DNA from: a virus
Taxonomy: Duplodnaviria; Caudoviricetes
Length of the DNA stretch: 63,741 bases
Direction: 5' to 3' (one strand)
IMG/VR virus record: IMGVR_UViG_3300025131_000033
Coordinates: 1 to 63,741 of that record
Shown here: positions 20,201 through 28,779 of the stretch, in pieces
Position numbering within the stretch: position 1 is the first letter of the stretch
Layout of the letters: the number at the start of each line of letters is the position of its first letter
The notes under the pieces: generated by a model
The model's input: the letters and a program-made list of their open reading frames with translations, nothing else
Databases searched by the model: none
Told to the model about the DNA's origin: nothing
Translations under genes and position numbers: made by a program

Positions 20201-20430
20201 CACACCCACCAAGTTGCCCACCCAGGACCAACAGGACCAGGGCCTGGAGGACCAGTACCATCTCCAGGAGCAATAAATTTGGGAATCACAGGGGGAGGCA
20301 CTCCAAATTGTTCTCCACCACCACCACCGCCCCCAGGACCATCTATAACTAGAGGTAAAGGATAGTCGAGAAAATTTAGAAGTTCTCCTTGCCCAGGTAA
20401 TAGTTGTCCACATGCAAAAGAAGGAGCCAT
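17254..20430 (-). CDS. large virion-associated protein with Gly/Pro repeats and two 4-Cys modules
   Basis: 1058-aa ORF at the end of the fibre cluster. Confidence 0.65.
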   Translation of the reverse strand: MAPSFACGQLLPGQGELLNFLDYPLPLVIDGPGGGGGGGEQFGVPPPVIPKFIAPGDGTGPPGPGPVGPGWATWWVCTGPPQWRCDGITQSIELPPPPGGYKSREQCIIHCVGAVAPKTGGGGSGGGTPPGGGGGPLTPRTVTWWLCTGAPNWRCKPVNIDVDQPPPAGAHKTKGACVVACKAPEGPFTPRYDRTGGGKFGRIQPDPPEPGGGAGGWNPGVKTPGPTGGGVPGGAGGWNPGVKTPGPTGGGTPGGGAGGTNPGVKTPGPTGGGTPGGGAGGKFVGILPPNTGVIPKVGTPGPSGGGVPGGGAPGVKTPGPTGGGTPGGGAGGKFVGILPPNTGVIPKVGTPGSSGGGGGGTPPGLGTYPFQPISTPSENGAGGSLPAQGAPLTEGLGMMPVTAPLIEETRQGTTVLNLNNPQMNTFVAKNYPTGLLDPATAIMSKNPTTGPIVDNDILRTDIFKRNINKSIFYIHKHNNTFEDWRPGALSDLTTQNIILNLQPSFLKTLRSITRIDGLPLSDREIAFIVKSRVVNGTIDNLRADQFTLLGQQKSNITPIIRNSNPVINTIAALNLIDLHKIPLDPNSLPSNSKQKDIAKNWKTLATDTGKYIPCVINGEAKKFYIGDDDVVVQRANLTLNDGDFVIVNGKRLYAKSQVGHSYTLPVPYQQQILNLLGGTGEKTLTVSSTDATDLEYNYSLNLSGEAPLPDFMFFKIVLSSIYTTQSPASPFLKSTTAAYELIDYTTAAGLAAVQDWIKYKMNYGVQFIDYDDPFAYYASSTGTFSVTREDFLPATNKTNPDHPNLVRNIPWSYILFPSNRDEYLVQGNKSVLTSLDSTGKAIRTLTASPTLNKEFTEDRRTQWIEYKNAYNEGTTNVFQNSEDLNARVAVFNPDLPIFKTGYRVGNKVGSAVTQKPSRTKTTLRLVNEIIKELNANYVIKKQGGGVSLLEWDVISRLSAMEFNKFVALENVNLLWPKLRDGLVENITIYPSTKMSGGVDTHTQLDRRRSTGVFPDKFAPVMSLIDDVGVYVLPPATTRPNSSAFGVPSTKASSSSRTR
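19340..19810. repeat. Gly/Pro-coding tandem repeats (PGVKTPGPTGGGxPGG units, plus a longer block duplicated at 153-bp spacing)
   Basis: TCCTCCTCCAGTAGGACCAGGGGTTTTTACTCCTGG recurs four times. Confidence 0.9.
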
Positions 20431-20439
20431 AGGTTTTCC

Positions 20440-23226
20440 TTACATCAATAAATCTATTACTTGATCATCAGTATTTAAATCACGGTGATTACGGTTTTCG
20501 GCATCTGCTGTAATTGCGGTCATTGTCCAAGAAACACTAGGAAGAGTACATTTTCCTACACGGGGATTTCCTAAATACCCAACATTCTTTTCGTCAGTAA
20601 CAGGATCCATATCTTGTTCTAACATATTTTGTATGGGAACAATCCACGCAGCAAAACGCTCGGCGTTAGTGCCCGATCCACTCCCAGGAGCACCCGCTCC
20701 TGAACCAAACCTATTAACATACCAAGTACTACCTATTTTATGAGGTTGTATCATTGATGCTCCCTTAGAAACTACTTCCCCATCATCAGTCCCCCAGGTA
20801 CATCTAATATTGGGCGTACTCATAATCCAACCCACATAGATAGTAAAAAATTCCATACCATCACCAGTAGCATCTTTTCCTTTTTCTACCCATATTCCCC
20901 CATAATTACCAGACGAGGCGTGTTCAGTTCCACCTGGACTAAAGTTAACTCCTTGACCTCGGGGAGATAGACAATTTAATAGTTGAACATTCACATGGTA
21001 ATCTACCATATTTGGTGGTCTATTGAATTTAATTTTTTTCTTAACAAAATGGAATACAGCATTAGTTAGTGAGCGAGCACCAGTTTTGTTACAATTAATT
21101 TCCATACATAAAAAAGTTCCCTGCCTGGGGTCATCAGGATCATTTGATGCATCCTCTGATGGCGTGAGATGTGAAGCTATGCTACCTGCTACAATAGATG
21201 CATCACTACTTCTGCAATCTCCTGTTGGGAAGTTTGAGGGATACCGTAAGTCCCCCGTAGCCATAAAAGTAGTAATATAATCATTTGGAGCCAACCCAGC
21301 CGCAGGGCCTTCTAACGCATTCAACTCTGTCCATTTTGCTTTCTCCCATTGAGGTTTAACGGGAAGGGGCGTCTCTATTATATCGGCCCCAAATGATGCC
21401 CCAACCTTAGAGGTCAGTCCATTCTGCATTGCATCTAAAACATCAACATCATCAAAACGGGGAGAACTTTGTTGATATTTTCGTTGAGACATATAATCAT
21501 ACATAGCCCCTTCAGGGCCAAAAGCCAGCCCACCGAAAACATATCCAGTCGCTGGGACAACTACTCCGTTGCCCCCTCCTGCACCTGTGCCACCAGTGCC
21601 ACCCTCCGCTCCTGGAGGACCAGGAGGACCTGGAGGCCCAGGCATAGCTTCTATGTTATCTATTCTAAGATCTAATTGAGTCTTAACGCGCCTTATCTCA
21701 TAATCCATCTCAGCCGATCCTACAGCAGGATTAGATATGGACAATTGTGGAGAAGCAGCAGCAAGACCAGCCCTCTCATTATATGTTAATTCAGCAGTTC
21801 TAAAGAAGGGTCTAATATCAATTACATCTGTAGTAGCCACCACAGTAGAACCGTTTTGAACCCATATGTATGCCACAGGAAGAACTGATTGTCCTACTAA
21901 TTCAATAGCAGTATTTTCTAATTGTTGCAGAAGTAAAGGCGCAACATTCAAAATATCATCAGGAGCAGGGAAGGTTCCCCGAACGTCATAAGCAATATCA
22001 TTTGCAGAAGTTGCAGTAAAACCTAAATTTTCATTAAATTGATCCGCAGGCCAAGCCATAATTTCAGGATTTACTTCAGAATCTACTGCATTATATGGAC
22101 CATAGGCGTTTACACTAGCCTGATGATGAGAATCAAAATGCATTTTTAAACCTGCTCCTCTACATACTCCTAATGTAGGTTTGGTGATAGTAGTTCCTGG
22201 AGAATTGGGGGTAATCCCTCCTGTAAAAATCTGGGCTGAACTTGCATCTACAGTTTTACTATAAATAAACACCATATCAATTCTACTTTGTATCCCGTCA
22301 ATAGTTACTCGTTCAGAGGGGGGTCCACCACCAGGATAAGGATCTTTAAAATAATCAAAGTCTGTAGGGTCAAAAGGAGGAATTTCTACAGTGATTTCAT
22401 CACTTACATCTACAATAGCAGTTCTAGCTATACCCCTCCATCTTTTTATAAACTGAGATTCTAGCTGACTCATCATTGTAAATGAATTTGAATCAGTGTC
22501 TAGAGTATGTAAAGTAAAGTAACTAAGTTCATTATTGGTAGTTCGAGCCCACTCTAAAGCTTCTTGAACTACAGCAGGGACTCTCCAAAGTTCTCCAAAA
22601 TACTCTCCTGTATATGATATCTCTCCATGATTACCAATCTCCCAGTCTACACCACTAGCTGTCTGAGTTGTAGAATTCACACCACCAATAGGAACATTAG
22701 GATGCCTTTGAGGTCGAGCAAAAACTCTGTTCTCCAAGCCAGTCATTCCTATAGAATCTTGAGATAGAATACTTTTATACTTATTTAATACATTAACTAA
22801 TAAAGTATTCCAAGACGGTACGATACTATCCGAATCAGTTGAAGGAAAAGTTCCCTCATTTGCAGTAGCAATCTGAAATGAATCTACCTCTCCAGGTGCC
22901 CCTCCTGTGAAACCTTTTAAATATGATAAAGGTTCTCTATTCCACGCATCATTTACTCTTGCTGTATATCTTCCAGGCTTTACTCTTACTAATCTATCAG
23001 CCCCATTAGAATAAGGTCTTAACTCATCAATATCAACTCTTTTTGCACCTAATGAAGTGGTAGGATCTACTTCCTGAGCTAATTGATCCTTTAACCATAG
23101 ACAATTTTCTTGTAGTTGCTTGAGAGGCATATTATCCACTTCAAAAAAGTATGGATCATTAGCCTTGAAGTACCGAACAGGATCAGTAAATCTATAAACA
23201 CTATCTTTATAATTAAGTTCTGCCAT
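20440..23226 (-). CDS. tail fibre-like structural protein with short collagen-like segment
   Basis: DNMPLKQLQEN anchor motif; PGPPGPPGPPG after a coiled coil. Confidence 0.6.
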   Translation of the reverse strand: MAELNYKDSVYRFTDPVRYFKANDPYFFEVDNMPLKQLQENCLWLKDQLAQEVDPTTSLGAKRVDIDELRPYSNGADRLVRVKPGRYTARVNDAWNREPLSYLKGFTGGAPGEVDSFQIATANEGTFPSTDSDSIVPSWNTLLVNVLNKYKSILSQDSIGMTGLENRVFARPQRHPNVPIGGVNSTTQTASGVDWEIGNHGEISYTGEYFGELWRVPAVVQEALEWARTTNNELSYFTLHTLDTDSNSFTMMSQLESQFIKRWRGIARTAIVDVSDEITVEIPPFDPTDFDYFKDPYPGGGPPSERVTIDGIQSRIDMVFIYSKTVDASSAQIFTGGITPNSPGTTITKPTLGVCRGAGLKMHFDSHHQASVNAYGPYNAVDSEVNPEIMAWPADQFNENLGFTATSANDIAYDVRGTFPAPDDILNVAPLLLQQLENTAIELVGQSVLPVAYIWVQNGSTVVATTDVIDIRPFFRTAELTYNERAGLAAASPQLSISNPAVGSAEMDYEIRRVKTQLDLRIDNIEAMPGPPGPPGPPGAEGGTGGTGAGGGNGVVVPATGYVFGGLAFGPEGAMYDYMSQRKYQQSSPRFDDVDVLDAMQNGLTSKVGASFGADIIETPLPVKPQWEKAKWTELNALEGPAAGLAPNDYITTFMATGDLRYPSNFPTGDCRSSDASIVAGSIASHLTPSEDASNDPDDPRQGTFLCMEINCNKTGARSLTNAVFHFVKKKIKFNRPPNMVDYHVNVQLLNCLSPRGQGVNFSPGGTEHASSGNYGGIWVEKGKDATGDGMEFFTIYVGWIMSTPNIRCTWGTDDGEVVSKGASMIQPHKIGSTWYVNRFGSGAGAPGSGSGTNAERFAAWIVPIQNMLEQDMDPVTDEKNVGYLGNPRVGKCTLPSVSWTMTAITADAENRNHRDLNTDDQVIDLLM

Positions 23227-26200
23227 TAGTTATCTCTCTTTAAATCAAATATATTAGACGATTTAAATCCTACTGTTGCGGAAGCATTTCCTTCATTAGC
23301 CTCTGCTCCTATTTGATCACTAGCCCTAGCTCTATATATTGTTACTTTTTTTGGTCGCCCAGACATACCTATAGATGCATTTTTAGCATTAGCAAAAGTA
23401 TTAGCCGCCGACTCATCTAACAAACATTGAGTAGGATTATCATCCACAAACTCTTCGCAGTAATAAAATCCTGAAGTCCACAGACTATCAAAAATGCCAT
23501 CCCCATCTGAGTCATGACTCAATTTTAATAAGTTGGGGTAAGTACCACTTATATTACTAAAGGCATTATTTGGATCTGTCATAAGAGCCGAAAGAGGTCC
23601 TGACATATTATAACACTGAGAATACACTTGATAAGCTGGTCCTAGGACTCCATAAAATTCATGGCCTAAAGGTGTTCCGTTATGATAACCACTCATATCA
23701 TTTTGTAGGAGCTTAGTTTCAGGTTTAGTAGAGAAATATAATCTAAATACTCCTTGATTCTCATAAGTATCAACGCCTGCTCCATAAATCCCTGCATCTG
23801 TGCCATCCATCCTAGTAGATACTTGCCCAACGAACCCCAATCCAGACATCGCAATACCAGCATGAGTTATTTCTTGGAGAGGATTACCTCCTATTGTATT
23901 ATTATTGTTATAACTTGAAGAAACAGTTATAAACCTTCCAAAGGGCTCATTAAATCCTACCCCAGATGGTGCATACCATACACTACTTCCTGCCCCAAAA
24001 GTATCTAAAACACTTAATATTCCTGTTTCGGGAGTAGAAGAAGGAGCACCTGATGCAGCAACACCAGCGTCGGTCTCTGCGGAGTTATCGGGCATAGTAG
24101 CAGAAGCCCATACAGCACTGGGACCATGATATCCTACATCGTAAGGATACATGGCACTAACAGAGCAGTAAGAAGCATTAAGTCTAGAAGTATCAGCAAA
24201 ATTCCAGATCATCAAGCGATCACACTCTGTCCCGCTTACATTAAAATAAATTCCATCCATAGGAGTACTATTAAGTCCTATAGGAAAGTTTACATTAATA
24301 GCATTAACTTGGCTATCCCCTGTGGCTCGTACACAGACTCCCCCTACACAAGCTCGTCTCATGTCCCCACCTGTTGCAGGGAACGCTCCACCATAGTAAT
24401 CTTGAGCTACCGTAAATTGATTAATAACATTGGGATTACCATCAGTATTAGTAGTATGGGTAGTAAAAGTAGGAGATATTAATGCTCTAAATTGTGTAAG
24501 AGCCTTATTACCAGGACCATTGTTTGCAGATAAATTAGCAAAATCATTATCACCCATTGCATTACTATTTTGAGGATTAGGGAAAAATTGAAGACACCCC
24601 GCTCCAAACAAACCACTTAAACCATAAGGACTCTGAATATCATAATCTACTCCATAATCCATTACTGTTCGCCCTGTAGGACTGTTATCCCAACAATGAT
24701 CAAATGCCCCTAGATTTTCTAGATTAATAGTTGAATTCTTGTTAGCAACCAAACAGGCTCTAGTAGAATGCAACTCAACCGAAGTATGGTTTCCTGTATC
24801 ACTTAAATCAAATGCACTCACGGCAGGAAGATAAGTTGCCTTCTCAATAGGGGGATTAATGTTGAGAACAGAATTATCTTCTACCAACGCATCTACACCA
24901 AACTGTCCAATAAATGTGGGTCCATGTAATCCTAAAGTAGAATTATTTTTTGCATAAATCCCTGCTGCATATTGTTGAGTAACATACGTAGTAGGACCAA
25001 TGATGAAAGTTGCTCCATTTTTAGTACCATAGAAATCTACCGTAGAGTTATTAATAGCACGAACTGCTAACCCATACTGAGGGGCTATGGTAGCGTTATC
25101 AACATCTCTTGGTAGAATATATGCATTTAAGAAGTCTGCTTTAGAATTCTCTACATTAATAGCGGGATAAGTTAGTACGGGCTGTGAGGCTCCTGTATAA
25201 GTTTCCCTACCATGAGCATACAGGAATGACATATTGCCATAGAGATTAGGTATGTTAGGTTTTTTAACGAAAGTAAAATGACTATTAGATTGTAAATCTA
25301 TGTGTTGTCCATTGTGAGAAAAGTCTGTTTGTCTAGACCTAGTTTGTCCCGCTGCTCCTGGGTATGCGGAGGAGTCTACTGAAATTTTAGAATTTGTAGC
25401 CACTAATCCTGTATGTTGTTGATCTTCAACACACAAATCTCTATATTTTAGATTCGAATTTTCTACTACAATTCCTTCTGGGTTACTATAAACATCTAGT
25501 AATCCCACAAGATTAAGATTTGAATTATATAATTCTATACCGTTTTTACTATTAAGTTCAAATGTAGAGATCCCCCCTGTCTGAATATTATTACTTACAG
25601 ACCGCCCCACTCCTCCTGTAAATTTAGAATTATCTAAACGCATTCCTGTAGTATTTCGAGATGCACACATCATTACATCAATCCCGCTTCCCTGAAATTC
25701 TCCAGGAACCGCTCTCTCTACAGTAGCTGATAAATTAGCACTCAGAGTTACATCACTATTTACTGCATGGAACCCTATTCCCCTATCAGGGTAGCGAGCA
25801 TTGTCAGCAGATAAATCATAATTTCTATAAGCAAATGCTGACCTAGAGAGCATTACTTTTGAATTATTAAATTTGAATCCAGCTTCTCGACACCTAACAG
25901 CCGCGCAATTTTCTAGTACTACATCTGAATTAGTAACTTCAATACCCGTAGGTCTTCCTGTATTTACAGTTTGATTGTATCCATCAACTACAAAATTTCT
26001 TACATAGATAGGACCATCACAATTTTTTATACTTAATTTCATTAAATGATTCAAGTATACTGATCCCCCTGCGCTAGTATTTATTGTAGGGGCTGCTCTT
26101 CTCATTAGTCCATCATCTAAAGGATTGATACAACTAAAATCATACGAAGTTCCTATAGTATTATCCGTATTTACATTCTCATAGGGATCTACTCCAAAGA

Positions 26201-26960
26201 AAAAATTATCATCAGCAGTATTACCTAAATTTCCAGGCGCAAAATTAGCTACTGTATTTTGAATACCTACAGTAAGAGGAGCTTGTTTACTTTCTAAATC
26301 GGGATATAAGAAAGTGTATACAGAACTTAGTCTGGATCCTCCTGATTTATTAGTGGAATCCGTCACGGTTAATACAGGAGAAACTACATTAATTCCTGAA
26401 GTACAAACTCCGTTGGTCTGCCCTATACCAGAAAATAAAGTAGCACTTAAATCAGCAGCGATAAATTTCGTTATTAAAGGAACACTCACATTGTAAGTAG
26501 GAGTAGTTACACCCATTATGCAGGAAGACGTAGTATAAACTTTAGAATATGCTCTATTTATAATTTCAATAGAACCCCCCTCTTCAATTCGGAAATTATG
26601 TAGCTCTAATTTCCCTAAATTTCCAAAATTACAAACTTCAATTAGAACAGGGAAGCGTACAATTTTAGGAATAGCTGCTATACAAGAACTTAGATCAGTG
26701 AATAGATTAGAATTCGCCTGTAAGCTCGCAGTATTAGCATCTGCTGATACTGTAAGAGCAAAACCAGTAAGCCCTGATGTGGGGAATCCCGCTTGCTCCC
26801 ACGACTCATAAGTTCTTTCTTCCAAATCATATAGGGGCATATTATCCTGCTCCCAGTTATAGAAAGAACTTGTATCAAATTTAGCTACAGTTGGAGTCCA
26901 TGAATTATAGAGCTTTACGCTCCCACTACTTGTATAAATATCGCCTGCTCTGAATACCAT
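23226..26960 (-). CDS. tailspike/fibre with right-handed beta-helix (pectin-lyase-like), putative depolymerase
   Basis: Repeated GIEVTNS/GFKFNNS/GFHAVNS/GMRLDNS/GIELYNS/GIVVENS rungs; DNMPLYDLEE N-terminal motif. Confidence 0.7.
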   Translation of the reverse strand: MVFRAGDIYTSSGSVKLYNSWTPTVAKFDTSSFYNWEQDNMPLYDLEERTYESWEQAGFPTSGLTGFALTVSADANTASLQANSNLFTDLSSCIAAIPKIVRFPVLIEVCNFGNLGKLELHNFRIEEGGSIEIINRAYSKVYTTSSCIMGVTTPTYNVSVPLITKFIAADLSATLFSGIGQTNGVCTSGINVVSPVLTVTDSTNKSGGSRLSSVYTFLYPDLESKQAPLTVGIQNTVANFAPGNLGNTADDNFFFGVDPYENVNTDNTIGTSYDFSCINPLDDGLMRRAAPTINTSAGGSVYLNHLMKLSIKNCDGPIYVRNFVVDGYNQTVNTGRPTGIEVTNSDVVLENCAAVRCREAGFKFNNSKVMLSRSAFAYRNYDLSADNARYPDRGIGFHAVNSDVTLSANLSATVERAVPGEFQGSGIDVMMCASRNTTGMRLDNSKFTGGVGRSVSNNIQTGGISTFELNSKNGIELYNSNLNLVGLLDVYSNPEGIVVENSNLKYRDLCVEDQQHTGLVATNSKISVDSSAYPGAAGQTRSRQTDFSHNGQHIDLQSNSHFTFVKKPNIPNLYGNMSFLYAHGRETYTGASQPVLTYPAINVENSKADFLNAYILPRDVDNATIAPQYGLAVRAINNSTVDFYGTKNGATFIIGPTTYVTQQYAAGIYAKNNSTLGLHGPTFIGQFGVDALVEDNSVLNINPPIEKATYLPAVSAFDLSDTGNHTSVELHSTRACLVANKNSTINLENLGAFDHCWDNSPTGRTVMDYGVDYDIQSPYGLSGLFGAGCLQFFPNPQNSNAMGDNDFANLSANNGPGNKALTQFRALISPTFTTHTTNTDGNPNVINQFTVAQDYYGGAFPATGGDMRRACVGGVCVRATGDSQVNAINVNFPIGLNSTPMDGIYFNVSGTECDRLMIWNFADTSRLNASYCSVSAMYPYDVGYHGPSAVWASATMPDNSAETDAGVAASGAPSSTPETGILSVLDTFGAGSSVWYAPSGVGFNEPFGRFITVSSSYNNNNTIGGNPLQEITHAGIAMSGLGFVGQVSTRMDGTDAGIYGAGVDTYENQGVFRLYFSTKPETKLLQNDMSGYHNGTPLGHEFYGVLGPAYQVYSQCYNMSGPLSALMTDPNNAFSNISGTYPNLLKLSHDSDGDGIFDSLWTSGFYYCEEFVDDNPTQCLLDESAANTFANAKNASIGMSGRPKKVTIYRARASDQIGAEANEGNASATVGFKSSNIFDLKRDN

Positions 26961-27613
26961 TAGAAATTAAGTGTCCATCTAAATATTAAACTAAAATCAC
27001 TAGTTTTACGTATGTTGCTAAAAGTTCGATAAGCTACCAAAATAGAGGCAGTAGGACTACTATCCCCCCTCGGATTCTTTGCCAATAAACCAATCTCATT
27101 AAGATATGTCTCATTTGATTGAGAATCCGCTAGACCATTACATGCTTCATCATCTACCACTATAGTATAACGCACAGAATTATCTGCTATTCGTGTAACC
27201 TTATTTGCAGGAATTAATCCAAAAGCTACGCCTGTGGTATCGTTTTCATTAGTCATTTGAGTACCTTCCGCTATAAACAAATTACTTTCTGATCCATAAC
27301 TAGTGGTAGCCCCTCTTAAAGTTAAAGGACCAGACAACTGGTAAGTAGTACTAGTTTCTAAAACTCCTGTAGCTACATTAGTTGATCTCCCTGACACCCC
27401 TAATTGAAATCTGTCTATTTGATAATCTAAAACTACATGAGAACCTGAGGCTGTAAATAGATAAGCTAAATTAACCCCCATTCCTGACACAATAATATTG
27501 TGATCATCAAAGAGAACCTCTTCAACCCCATCATTATATCTTTTAATAATGGTCAGATGTCCATTAATACCTAATTCATCTGTAAAATTTTTCATAGGAA
27601 GTGCAATCTCCAT
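26960..27613 (-). CDS. baseplate/tail-fibre attachment protein
   Basis: HNIIVSG...LNEIGLL...LVAYRTFSNIRKTSDFSLIFRWTL pattern; start may be ATG 27595. Confidence 0.65.
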   Translation of the reverse strand: MEIALPMKNFTDELGINGHLTIIKRYNDGVEEVLFDDHNIIVSGMGVNLAYLFTASGSHVVLDYQIDRFQLGVSGRSTNVATGVLETSTTYQLSGPLTLRGATTSYGSESNLFIAEGTQMTNENDTTGVAFGLIPANKVTRIADNSVRYTIVVDDEACNGLADSQSNETYLNEIGLLAKNPRGDSSPTASILVAYRTFSNIRKTSDFSLIFRWTLNF

Positions 27614-28779
27614 TTAATTAATAAATCTTTATAATTTATACAGCCCGCCTCATCTGGACTAGCATTTTTATCTTTAATTTTTGCTATATTTCTTGTAAAT
27701 GATTTATTAGAAAACAATCTATATGTCCTAGGATTATTTAGAGGATCAAACGCATAAGGAGGAGTATTTCCTTTGAGAAGAGATGCAGGCATGTCTATTG
27801 TCCATAATCCCATATTAAATAGACCCCCATATAAGTTAGCTGCTCCCACATCCCCTGATCCCATAGTTACAGAATATTCTACCGTATAATCATTTATTGC
27901 CGAAGTTGCATTTGATGATCCTGAGAGACATAACCCACTATATGTACTACTCATTTCATATATATACCCCCCCGCAGCCACAGTGCGTGGAGTTCCAGAC
28001 ATAACCATATTCACAAAACCAGAAATATCCATAGAACTAGCTTCGTTAAATACTCCTTGATAGGGAGGTTGCTTTCTATTAGTTCCGCTCCCCCCTCCGT
28101 GATAGACTACCTCAGAAGAACGGAACGCCGTCTCACGGAACCCAGAATAATCTGTCCCGCCCACTCCTCCTACTCCCTGCTGTGTAGGTTGACCAGACCC
28201 CGCAGGCCAGCATCCTATAAGAGAGGCACATACAGAAGATAGAGACGATAGAAGGGTACTACTAAAAACAGCCGTATGATATGCAGATGGAATTAAATTT
28301 AAATTTTGCCCATTTCCTGGGATAATAGAACTTAAATCAATTCCACTTACTACTGCTGATACATCACTACTTAATTCTAAAGTAGTTAGTGTGGGGTCAG
28401 GATAATGAGGTAAGACATTAAGAGGTGAATAAGAACTTAAATTAAAAAACGAAGCAGTAGTAGCAACTTCGGGATCTCTTTGATTGAGGACAGCAATAAC
28501 TGCGCTGTTAATATAGATACCAGATAAAAGGGTTGCCTTTGCCTCAGAGTAAGCGTGAGCATTTTGCTGATACTGATTCGCTGCTGTCCCAAAAGATATA
28601 GCTTGAATAGTATAATTAGAAGTATCCAACATAGAGGATGTAGCATGATCTTTAATTGCCGACAAAGAGGGGGAAACTGTCATAATATCAGCCAGTAAAG
28701 TTCCCGCTCCATCTACAATAAGATTATCCTCCCTTACTAGGAGCTTATCGCCACAATATATTTCAACTTCTCCTCTCAT
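27592..28779 (-). CDS. baseplate/tail-fibre attachment protein, paralogous to the downstream gene
   Basis: DNLIVDGAG...MGLW...LFSNKSF...IKWRL. Confidence 0.55.
   Translation of the reverse strand: MRGEVEIYCGDKLLVREDNLIVDGAGTLLADIMTVSPSLSAIKDHATSSMLDTSNYTIQAISFGTAANQYQQNAHAYSEAKATLLSGIYINSAVIAVLNQRDPEVATTASFFNLSSYSPLNVLPHYPDPTLTTLELSSDVSAVVSGIDLSSIIPGNGQNLNLIPSAYHTAVFSSTLLSSLSSVCASLIGCWPAGSGQPTQQGVGGVGGTDYSGFRETAFRSSEVVYHGGGSGTNRKQPPYQGVFNEASSMDISGFVNMVMSGTPRTVAAGGYIYEMSSTYSGLCLSGSSNATSAINDYTVEYSVTMGSGDVGAANLYGGLFNMGLWTIDMPASLLKGNTPPYAFDPLNNPRTYRLFSNKSFTRNIAKIKDKNASPDEAGCINYKDLLIKWRLHFL

Noticed and set aside
19313-20352. Plus-strand Pro/Thr-rich ORFs (19313..19822, 19918..20352)
   Set aside because: Antisense shadows of the Gly/Pro repeat coding region
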